Shown here one piece after another: positions 17,866 through 26,674 of a stretch of 64,000 bases of DNA. This stretch comes from Oscillospiraceae bacterium. Lineage in GTDB: Bacteria > Bacillota_I > Bacilli_A > RFN20 > CAG-288. Numbering within the stretch: the stretch's first letter is position 1; the number at the start of each line of letters is the position of its first letter. The notes under the pieces are model-generated. The model was given only the letters and a program-made list of their open reading frames with translations. It had not been told where the DNA came from and ran no database searches. The stretch is taken from positions 16,862 through 80,861 of the forward strand of contig CAVJZP010000001.1 in assembly GCA_963654365.1 (NCBI GenBank), written 5' to 3'. The translations under genes and the position numbers were made by a program.

Positions 17866-18189
17866 ATCAGGATTTCTTTCATTTTTCTGCCCATCATTAT
17901 ATATCAGTTCCAGTTATATTATTAAAATAACCTTAAAAAATCTTTCTCTTTTGATAAGTTGCTTAGGGAGGGTGGTATGCTGCTATTTCGATTACTCTAT
18001 TCTGTTCTGAAACCTTGCTCAAACGAACTGCTGAGAAATATATATATGATTTTTATGTTAAAAATAAGGGATTTCCACTATAATATTCTGCGTTATTTTT
18101 GAGACATCAGTTTTAGTATGTCTCTCTCCCTAAAGAAAGAATGAGGATGTACTATCGGGGAGTAAGAAAATGCATAGTACGAACAAAGT

Positions 18190-20994
18190 ATGAAAAAGAA
18201 AAGTGTTTCCCTGATTGTACTGTCGCTCTTATTCATGACAGGATGCGCAGAGACAAAGACAGATTCCGGTACGTCTAATACGGATTCTCCTATTTCTGAT
18301 TCGGAAAGCGGGAAGTCAGAATCCAGTTCCACCTCTGCTGAGGTCATTCCCAGTGACATCACAGGCTCTGGTACGGAAGATGATCCTTATGTCATCTATA
18401 CGGCCGATCAGTTAAGCGATGTTGCGACGGACTATAACAGCCTTACATCGGAACCAGAGTATACGTATTACAAGTTAGGTCATGACATCGACATGAAAGG
18501 AGTTGATTACACTCCAATCGGGACAGAGGATATTCCGTTCTTCGGTGAATTCGATGGCGATGGCTATTCCATCACGAATTTCACGATGAGTGTATTCTCC
18601 AAATCGGATGCCAGTTATGGCTTATTCGCCTATACTTACGATAGCGTAATCCACGATGTGAAGCTTTCTGTCGACTTCTCCTTTGCTCCGTTAGGTGCAA
18701 CTTCTCAGGTCTATGTCGGCGGTCTTGTCGGCTTTGGCTACAACACTGCCATCTACAATATCGATATCGACGGAAAGATTGAACTCTTCTCTGCACAGAA
18801 CAGTTCATCGAGACTTTACGCTGGCGGTATCGCAGGTATCTTGGAAGCCGGGAACAATTACTATGTCTCCTTGACCAATTCCAAGAGCGATGTCGATGTC
18901 AGCTGCGATATGGCAGATTCCGAGAATACATTGAATCTTGTCGGTGGCATTGCCGGCGCTGTGCTTACCAACACTTCTTCCTCCTCTTTGGGAATCTATT
19001 CTCTTGCATCCAACTATTATCACGGAAATCTTTCTGGCCAGGACTGTGTCGGTGGCATTGTCGGTGTTGTCAATTACTATGTCAGTGTCACAGATTCTGT
19101 TGCTGAGGGTGACTCTATCACCGCTACAACGGAAAATGGATGCTATGCTGGCGGTATCTTAGGCCAGGGATATTATGAGACCGGCGTTTTGAATACCTAC
19201 ACCAATTTCAAGACCATCACTGCTACCAATACGAGTTCCTCCGCCTACTATAAATCCTTTGCTGGAAGCACAATCGGCTATGCCTATTCTAGCTATGAGG
19301 ACCTCAGTGATATCATCGGTACGGTACATTATGCAAACTACTCGGCTGATACGGCCATCACAAGCGATGCTGTCGGTGTCAACGGATTAGGAATTGATGC
19401 AGGAAAGAGTGTCAAAGCCACTGCTGGACTTTCTTCCTATTGGAGCGATAATCTGAAACTTTCGGACTATACGACTGCATTGACAGCAAAAGTCTCGATG
19501 GACTCTAACTATGCGGATGGCTCTAGCCAGAATGAGAACTTTGATGTCGAAGTGAATAACTATGATGTCAACGGCATCAAAAAGATCATGAGCAAGAGTT
19601 TCACCAGAGATCATTACTGCTATTCTGGTCTCTATTATGACAGCGATGCTACTCAGCCTTACTGCTTCTTCATTCCGTTCAGCAAAGATACGACCCTTTA
19701 TGCTGGATATGGAGACTATTCCAAGTTAGTCGGAACCTATACCTATGTCTGCTCTTCTGCTTCCAGCTCCTACACTGTTTCCGGAACCTGGTATTTCGAT
19801 GAAGACTACTTCTATTGGGAGAATGATTACGAGATCACCAAGTATACCTACACCTTTGATGGCACCTATGTCTTCCTCGATTCAAGCAATACCGGTGCCT
19901 ATGCCGGCGAGATGTTCCTCCTTGACAGCGATGGAAAGCTTCACGCTTATGATGTCAACGATTCCGATTATGAATACGTTGCCACAAAGACATCTGCTGA
20001 ATTCGTGATTCCGGATTATACCGATCAGTCCTTCCTTGGGACCTGGTATTTCTCCAATGGCGCTATTGTCACATTGAAAGCAGATGGCAATGCAAGTGCT
20101 ATCTCTTCCTCTTCTACAGTTGTTTATACTGGCGGATACCGTGTCTTAGCGGATGGAAGTCTCGATATCAAGACATCTCCAAGACTTAATGCCACAGTCA
20201 AGTACGACGAGACAAAATCCATCATGTATGGAACTACTTCCACGGGTGCTGCTGTCTTCGGTGCAAAGAGTGAGATCACGAAGGTCTATAGCTCCACTGG
20301 CTCTGACAATACTCTGAATATCTATGTCGTCGGAGAGGATACATACTGCATTTATAATGGTGCGCTTAACACCTATACCGGTTCCTTGACCGAAGGCGGT
20401 GAAATCGTTGTCGGCGATGAGACTTATACCGTCAGCGGAACGACTTTGACTTTGAAGAAAGAGACTCCTTCCATTCCGGAGGATATCTGTGGAACCTATG
20501 TCGATTCCAAAAAGAACGAAATGGTCCTCAACAGCGATGGAACAGGAACCTGGAACGGAGCTTCCTTCACTTGGACCTATGATGCTACGACAAAGAAGGG
20601 AAAAATTTCTTCGTTCGGCGCTTTTGATGGCGATAGCAATTCCGTCACTTTCAATGATGATGGAACGGTCACCATCACAATTGATGATTCGTACAATGAA
20701 AACACCTATACTGCTACAATGTCCAGAAAGGCAGCTACTCCTTCCTATGTCGGAACTTGGACGATGAAGGCTATGAGCAATACAGTCACTTTAGTCCTCA
20801 ACAGCGATGGAACAGGAACCTATAACGGAACAAGCATCACCTATACTGTCAGCGGAAACAAAATTTCTGTCTCTGATGTCGGCGATCTGGAAAACATTGA
20901 GTTTACCTTCGATGACACCAAAGGAATCACAAGCGGTTCCTATGAATACGACTACGAGACGTATTACTATTCTAACATCACAAAATCCGCATAA
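18190..20994 (+). CDS. Large surface lipoprotein with GLUG-motif repeats
   Basis: Lipobox LFMTGC. Glycine-rich GLUG-type repeats recur (VGGLVGFGY, AGGIAGILE, VGGIAGAVL, VGGIVGVVN, AGGILGQGY). The C-terminus has a duplicated LVLNSDGTGT[WY]NG module. Confidence 0.75.
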   Translation: MKKKSVSLIVLSLLFMTGCAETKTDSGTSNTDSPISDSESGKSESSSTSAEVIPSDITGSGTEDDPYVIYTADQLSDVATDYNSLTSEPEYTYYKLGHDIDMKGVDYTPIGTEDIPFFGEFDGDGYSITNFTMSVFSKSDASYGLFAYTYDSVIHDVKLSVDFSFAPLGATSQVYVGGLVGFGYNTAIYNIDIDGKIELFSAQNSSSRLYAGGIAGILEAGNNYYVSLTNSKSDVDVSCDMADSENTLNLVGGIAGAVLTNTSSSSLGIYSLASNYYHGNLSGQDCVGGIVGVVNYYVSVTDSVAEGDSITATTENGCYAGGILGQGYYETGVLNTYTNFKTITATNTSSSAYYKSFAGSTIGYAYSSYEDLSDIIGTVHYANYSADTAITSDAVGVNGLGIDAGKSVKATAGLSSYWSDNLKLSDYTTALTAKVSMDSNYADGSSQNENFDVEVNNYDVNGIKKIMSKSFTRDHYCYSGLYYDSDATQPYCFFIPFSKDTTLYAGYGDYSKLVGTYTYVCSSASSSYTVSGTWYFDEDYFYWENDYEITKYTYTFDGTYVFLDSSNTGAYAGEMFLLDSDGKLHAYDVNDSDYEYVATKTSAEFVIPDYTDQSFLGTWYFSNGAIVTLKADGNASAISSSSTVVYTGGYRVLADGSLDIKTSPRLNATVKYDETKSIMYGTTSTGAAVFGAKSEITKVYSSTGSDNTLNIYVVGEDTYCIYNGALNTYTGSLTEGGEIVVGDETYTVSGTTLTLKKETPSIPEDICGTYVDSKKNEMVLNSDGTGTWNGASFTWTYDATTKKGKISSFGAFDGDSNSVTFNDDGTVTITIDDSYNENTYTATMSRKAATPSYVGTWTMKAMSNTVTLVLNSDGTGTYNGTSITYTVSGNKISVSDVGDLENIEFTFDDTKGITSGSYEYDYETYYYSNITKSA

Positions 20995-21022
20995 TCCGAG
21001 AAGATATTTCAAGTAGAAACTC

Positions 21023-21054
21023 ATGGACTGCCCGAAGGAAGACAGTCCATTTTC
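21023..21054 (+). terminator. Rho-independent terminator
   Basis: ATGGACTG pairs with CAGTCCAT, followed by TTTC. Confidence 0.5.
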
Positions 21055-21145
21055 AATATCGAGTGAAATATAGGGATATTCCCGTGTTTTGCTTAGATAT
21101 ATATCTATTATTTTGGTATGATATTCCTAAGGAGAAACTGAATTT

Positions 21146-21895
21146 ATGAAAGCATTGATCACAGGCGGAACGAGCGGAATCGGATTAGCGATTGCCGACG
21201 AACTTCTATCAAGAGGATATGAGGTGAAGATCATATCCAGAAAGGAAGGAGACCTTCCTATCATCAGGAAGAAATATCCCAACGGAAAGATTGAGTTTTC
21301 CTCCTATGATTTATCTAAGGAAGAGGAATGCTATCGCCTATTGGAAGATACCAAAGGAGAGGACTTTGATCTCTTTGTCAACAATGCTGGATATGGTGAT
21401 ATCGGAAGGATTCAGAATACGAGCTTGGAAAAAGAGGTCAATATGCTGAAACTCAACGATATCGCTACATTGATTTTGGTGAAATCCTTCCTGTTGAGAT
21501 TCATCGAGAAAGGAAAAGGAAGAGTCCTTACTGTTGCTTCTGCGGCCGCCTTCGGCGTTGCTCCTTACATGAATGTCTATTATGCGAGCAAAGCCTTTGT
21601 CTATTCTCTTGCCCACGGATATTACAGAGAACTCAAGGACATGAAATCCAAAGTCACGATCTCTGTCCTTTGCCCAGGCCCTGTCAAGACGAGATTTGAA
21701 GAGGTTGCCAATGCGAAGTTCACGATTTCCTCCTTACAGGCAGACAAAGTTGCCAAATATGCAGTGAAGAAGACGCTGAAAGGAAAACTGGAAATCGTTC
21801 CTGGTGTTAAGATCAAGTTAGGTCATGTCTTCTCCCATATTGTGCCGAAGAAGATGATCAGCAAGATCTTAAGAAAACAGTCGGAGATGAAATAG
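21146..21895 (+). CDS. Short-chain dehydrogenase/reductase (SDR)
   Basis: ALITGGTSGIGLAIA (TGxxxGxG), NNAG, and YASKAFV (YxxxK). Confidence 0.85.
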   Translation: MKALITGGTSGIGLAIADELLSRGYEVKIISRKEGDLPIIRKKYPNGKIEFSSYDLSKEEECYRLLEDTKGEDFDLFVNNAGYGDIGRIQNTSLEKEVNMLKLNDIATLILVKSFLLRFIEKGKGRVLTVASAAAFGVAPYMNVYYASKAFVYSLAHGYYRELKDMKSKVTISVLCPGPVKTRFEEVANAKFTISSLQADKVAKYAVKKTLKGKLEIVPGVKIKLGHVFSHIVPKKMISKILRKQSEMK

Positions 21896-21959
21896 TTGTC
21901 AGTAAGACATTTGGTTTATAAACTGACTATAATTGATAAAGAAAGTCGAAGGTGAACAT

Positions 21960-24900
21960 ATGGATAAAATCAAAGCCTTAGCGCTCTGGGAAGAGAAGTA
22001 CGGAAATCGTGAATATGTTTACGATTATGCCGCACAGAAGATGGTCAAAGAGGATTTTGAAGAGGAGTCTTCCTCTTATTCCTGGACTGTTGATTTCATC
22101 AAACCACTGACAAGCGGCGGATTCAATCAAAGCATGAATATGATGATCTGCTCCTCTCTTACGAAGAAACTCAGACAGGATAAATCCTCATTCCGCATTG
22201 GAAATGCGCTTTTTGAGGTGCGCAAAGGAAAGAGATACGGAACTTTTGCTCTCTATGATGTGACAGACAGAAATCATCCGCTGGATGTATCCACTCTGAC
22301 AGATGAGATGCTTACTGAGGAATACCATCTGAAGAGACAGATGGATCTCTATGGAAGAGAGAAGAAAGAAGCGTTTGTCCTTCCGGATTTAGGAAACATC
22401 AGAAAGAATGTCTTCGATGAGCATGCTCCTGATATCATCTCTGAAGAAACAGTTTCAGCGGCAGAAGAAAAGACAGAAACAGCAGTGGCTGAAACCCCTG
22501 TTTCTGAAGATGTCTCTTTTAAAAAGGAGGATACGGCTCCTATTATGGAAGAGACTGTAGAACCTAAGGAAGATTGTACAGGAATAGTCGAGCCTTCTAT
22601 CTCTGAAGAGTATGCTGCTGTATCTGAGTATATTGTTGAAACAGCAGAAAACACTCCTGCCGTCATAGACGCTGAACCGGTTGAAACGACTCCTGTTGTC
22701 GAAGAAAGGACAGAATCTATTGAAACATCGGCTGTTGAGGAGACTCCTTCTCTTGATACAGATGTTTCATCGATGGATAAGAAAGATGAACCGGTCTTGG
22801 TTCCTCTTTCTGATGAGGATGAAGTCCATGTCGATGAAAGGGATGTTCTTTTTGGTACGATGAGGAAGGAAACGGAATATGTAGATGACCTTCGTTCTAG
22901 ATATCATTCCTCATTGAAAGAGAATGCATTAAAGGATCAGACTATCTCTACTCTTGCTTCCAATTGTCTTGCGTTAAAGGATAGTCTGAACTATCTGAAC
23001 GGGAAGATTGCTTCTATGCAGTCTCTTATCAATGGATATCAGTCGGAGAAAGAGAACCTAGAAGCATCTAAAATAGAAGCAGACAAGTCTCATGAAGAGG
23101 TGATTCAGTCTTTGAATCAGGAGAATGCCTCTTTGAAATCCGATTTAGGAAAACAGTATAACGACTATGAGCAGTTACAGTCTCAGTATCAGGATATCTA
23201 TGCAAAGTGTACTGCTTTAGAGCAGGAGAAGTCTGAACTGGAAGCTTTTAAAGACTCTGATAGCAAGAAAGAGGAACTCCTCTCTTTGAAAGACAGAGAA
23301 AAAGAGGAGTTGAATAACCAGATTGCTGAACTTAAGGATCAAATTCAGAAACAGACTGAGAAGATTATTGCTCTGGAATCTGCCATTTCTGATTCCAATC
23401 GTTCGATTCAGTCGAAGGAAGAGGACTATACTTCTCTTCATCATGATTACGATAGCCTCATCCTTCAGAAAGAGGACTATGAGAAGAGACTTCTCGACAG
23501 TGAAACGCAAAAGGATCAGCTTAAGGCGGAAAAGGAAAGTCTTCAGTCTCAGATCGACTCTCTTATTGCCGAAAAGACAATGGAGGAGGAAAGATTCCGC
23601 AATGTCTCTGTAGAGAATGATGAATTAAGAGCAGAGATAGAGAAAGAGAAAGAGGAAAGCCTTCAGAAAGAGTCTGAAAAAGAAGACGATTATCAGAAAC
23701 TTATCCAGCAGTATGAGGAGTTGAAGAAGGAAAAAGAAGAGCTTTCTGCCTCTCTGATCGCTGCTTCTGCGGAAAAAGACTCTATCCTTGCGGATAAGGA
23801 GTCCTCTTATGAGAAAGCGGTCCAGCTGAATGTGAAACTCAATGAATCTGAAGCGGGCAAAGAAAAACTGATAGAAGAGAATGAGGCATTGAAGAAAGAG
23901 ATTGAAGAGAATGATACTTCTCATAAAGAGGCAATCGATGTCCTGATGAAGCAGAAAGCAGAAGCGGACGGAAAGATCCTCTTTATTACCTGTGGCGGTG
24001 ATTTTGACCATTATCCGGATTATCTCTTCTACCTCTCTGACACCGATAAGAAGAATACGAAAGAGACGATATTGGAGGCTCTCTCCTTATATCCTTCCTG
24101 GCACAGAAAGGATGAACAGTATGTCTCCTCCTTATCAGAAGGAACGCAAGAGACAGGAGCCAACGTCTCTCTTCTTGATGAGAACGATGTCTCCTATCTT
24201 GCGGATGAGAAAGCAAACAGAGAAAAGGCGATGAGCTACTGGGATAGCAAATTCGGAGACACCGATCAGACGACCGACTTTGCCGGAAGAGTCATCAACA
24301 GGAATCATTATCTCGATAAAGAGGATTCTCAGGGATGGAACTACATCCGAATCAACTCGGATGACAGAGAATATGATGGCAATATCCTGATCGCCAATAT
24401 GAGAACTCTTTTGGACTATAAAGAGAAGGGTGGCTTTAAGACGAACGGTCAGAACTTCAAAGTCGTTGAAGAGAACGGAATCTACTCTGTGGAATCCGAA
24501 GACTATGTCACCGATCCCTATAATCTTGATAAGACGCTTCAGGTCACAAGAGGAAACCTCGATAAGAAGACTCCGATCATCTATCTCTTCGTCAAAATCC
24601 TTGGAAGTACATCGAGTGAACCGGACGCAAATGGACTTTTGGAATTCTATGACCTGCTTGATAGGACAGTGAGAAGAACCTGCTCTAGGTCTTTCATCGA
24701 GATGAAGACGGTACCTGGAAAAGAGAACTACGCCTTCATGACCTTCGATGGTTCTGTCGATGGCGCATATAAGGAAGTGCTCGATTATGCTCTCCTTCTC
24801 AACTCCTATCGAAACGAGTTCAAAAAAGAAGAGAACGGAGTCAATGCAATCATCGTACTCGACCAGGTAGAGATTCCTTATTCCTACCGCCACTTCAGTT

Positions 24901-25175
24901 TCGAGCAGATGCTCGTATTGACGAAGGATATCGAGATGAAGGCGATCAGCTATGAGTTCATCAAGACGGCGGTTGTCAATTCCACCATCAAGAAGACCAT
25001 CCATATCGGCCCGAGTATCATCGATAACCTACCCTTGGATCAGTCGACTCTGAAAGACTCGAATATCGGTCAGTCCAGAAGCTTTTCGGATATATACAAC
25101 TTTACTGACAAGTTCTATATTTACAACTTTGTCTACTCCTTGAAGAAGGAAAGCAAGGAAGAGAACAACAATTAA
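21960..25175 (+). CDS. Large cytoplasmic coiled-coil protein with two degenerate HNH-like modules
   Basis: Intact 3.2-kb ORF. I chose the ATG at 21960 because it is preceded by an AAGGTG SD and a TATAAT at 21928-21933. An acidic low-complexity tract is followed by about 360 aa rich in E/K/Q/L heptads. See findings. Confidence 0.7.
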   Translation: MDKIKALALWEEKYGNREYVYDYAAQKMVKEDFEEESSSYSWTVDFIKPLTSGGFNQSMNMMICSSLTKKLRQDKSSFRIGNALFEVRKGKRYGTFALYDVTDRNHPLDVSTLTDEMLTEEYHLKRQMDLYGREKKEAFVLPDLGNIRKNVFDEHAPDIISEETVSAAEEKTETAVAETPVSEDVSFKKEDTAPIMEETVEPKEDCTGIVEPSISEEYAAVSEYIVETAENTPAVIDAEPVETTPVVEERTESIETSAVEETPSLDTDVSSMDKKDEPVLVPLSDEDEVHVDERDVLFGTMRKETEYVDDLRSRYHSSLKENALKDQTISTLASNCLALKDSLNYLNGKIASMQSLINGYQSEKENLEASKIEADKSHEEVIQSLNQENASLKSDLGKQYNDYEQLQSQYQDIYAKCTALEQEKSELEAFKDSDSKKEELLSLKDREKEELNNQIAELKDQIQKQTEKIIALESAISDSNRSIQSKEEDYTSLHHDYDSLILQKEDYEKRLLDSETQKDQLKAEKESLQSQIDSLIAEKTMEEERFRNVSVENDELRAEIEKEKEESLQKESEKEDDYQKLIQQYEELKKEKEELSASLIAASAEKDSILADKESSYEKAVQLNVKLNESEAGKEKLIEENEALKKEIEENDTSHKEAIDVLMKQKAEADGKILFITCGGDFDHYPDYLFYLSDTDKKNTKETILEALSLYPSWHRKDEQYVSSLSEGTQETGANVSLLDENDVSYLADEKANREKAMSYWDSKFGDTDQTTDFAGRVINRNHYLDKEDSQGWNYIRINSDDREYDGNILIANMRTLLDYKEKGGFKTNGQNFKVVEENGIYSVESEDYVTDPYNLDKTLQVTRGNLDKKTPIIYLFVKILGSTSSEPDANGLLEFYDLLDRTVRRTCSRSFIEMKTVPGKENYAFMTFDGSVDGAYKEVLDYALLLNSYRNEFKKEENGVNAIIVLDQVEIPYSYRHFSFEQMLVLTKDIEMKAISYEFIKTAVVNSTIKKTIHIGPSIIDNLPLDQSTLKDSNIGQSRSFSDIYNFTDKFYIYNFVYSLKKESKEENNN

Positions 25176-25202
25176 TTTCACGTGAAATGAGGATAGAATA
25201 AC

Positions 25203-26396
25203 ATGAGTGTGCTTGAAAGATTTTTACACTATGTCTCCTTTGAGACAACGGCGACAGAGGAAAAGGAGGATTCCTGTTCGAACCCTCTGATCCTCAATCT
25301 GACCAATGAGCTGATGAAGGAATTGGAGGCTTTGCATCCGGATGAGATTTCCGTCAACCGATTTGGAGTCATCGATGCTAAGTTCTACGGGGATAGTTCA
25401 AAACCGGCAATTGCTCTTCTTGCCCATATGGATACTTCCAATGCCTGCAGCGGCAAGGATGTCAAACCGAAGATTGTCGATTTCGATGGCAAGGATGTGG
25501 AACTTCAGCCTGGCATGATGCTTTCGATGAATGATTTCCCATATCTGAAAGAGTCCATCGGACATAAGATCATCGTCACAGACGGAAATACTCTTTTAGG
25601 CGGAGATGATAAGGCGGGAATCGCTATCATCATGACCGCTTTGGATGAAATCCTCAAAGGAAATGTCAATCACCGCCCTTTGGAGATTATCTTTACGACG
25701 GATGAAGAGATTGGTGCAGATGCTAAGCATGTGTCGATGGAGAATGTGACAGCGAAGTATGGATATACGATCGATGGCGGAGACTATCGTTATGTCTCCA
25801 TTGAATCCTTCACTGCCTATGCGATGGAAGTCTCAGTCAAAGGAAAATCCATCCATCCAGGAAGCGCCTATCATAAGATGGTCAATGCAAGCAATGTCCT
25901 GATTGCTTTCCACGATGCTCTTCCGAAGTACTTAAGACCGGAACACACGAAGGAGAAAGAGCCTTTCTACCATCTTTGCTCCATCTCGGGAAGTGAGGAT
26001 AGTGCAAAGGGAGAATATATCATCCGATCGTTCGATGAGACGGAGATGAAGTCGATGATCGAACTGGCAAAGCTGACTGCGAAGAGGATCAATGAAGATT
26101 TAGGATATGATGCTATCTCCTTGGACATCAAGGAACAGTATCACAATATGAAGATGGTCTTAGATAACTATCCGGATATTCAGAAGGAGTTTCAGGATGT
26201 TTATGAGAAGTTAGGCATCCCTTGCCTTTATGAGGTGGTCCGCGGCGGTACGACAGGAAGTCAGCTCTCCTTCATGGGACTTCCGACTCCAAACCTTGGA
26301 ACGGGCGACTACAATATGCATGGCAGATACGAATACGTGGATCTCTTCCAGATGGAGAAGATGGTAGAGGTCGTAAAGGAACTGATGAAGATCTAA
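25203..26396 (+). CDS. pepT: Peptidase T (tripeptide aminopeptidase, M20B)
   Basis: LERFLHYVSFETTA, LLAHMDTS, LGGDDKAGIAIIM, FTTDEEIG and a C-terminal GGTTGSQLSF-type segment. Confidence 0.82.
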   Translation: MSVLERFLHYVSFETTATEEKEDSCSNPLILNLTNELMKELEALHPDEISVNRFGVIDAKFYGDSSKPAIALLAHMDTSNACSGKDVKPKIVDFDGKDVELQPGMMLSMNDFPYLKESIGHKIIVTDGNTLLGGDDKAGIAIIMTALDEILKGNVNHRPLEIIFTTDEEIGADAKHVSMENVTAKYGYTIDGGDYRYVSIESFTAYAMEVSVKGKSIHPGSAYHKMVNASNVLIAFHDALPKYLRPEHTKEKEPFYHLCSISGSEDSAKGEYIIRSFDETEMKSMIELAKLTAKRINEDLGYDAISLDIKEQYHNMKMVLDNYPDIQKEFQDVYEKLGIPCLYEVVRGGTTGSQLSFMGLPTPNLGTGDYNMHGRYEYVDLFQMEKMVEVVKELMKI

Positions 26397-26403
26397 TCTA
26401 ATT

Positions 26404-26428
26404 AGCCTCCCTCTTCGGGAGGCTTTTT
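26404..26428 (+). terminator. Rho-independent terminator after pepT
   Basis: AGCCTCCC, loop tcttc, GGGAGGCT, then TTTTT. Confidence 0.7.
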
Positions 26429-26614
26429 AGACTTTCTTTGTCAATCCCCTTTGCGTATATAAATGATTATGAAATATAAAACAATATATATTTCTATGAA
26501 TGTAAGCGTTTCCATAAAAATTGGAAACTTAAAGTTTCATTGAAATAACTAGAAATTATGAAAAAAAACAAAAAAAGGAGCAAAAATAAAAGAAAATTGA
26601 CATTTTTATTATCT

Positions 26615-26642
26615 TTGAAAAGAAATATCACTCCTTTATAAT
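26615..26642 (+). promoter_or_regulatory. Putative promoter of the S8 protease gene
   Basis: TTGAAA, a 16-nt spacer, then TATAAT, in a very AT-rich leader. A GGGGGGAG SD precedes the ATG at 26675. Confidence 0.4.
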
Positions 26643-26674
26643 ATGAGAGTTTATTTTTAGGGGGGAGTATTTAT

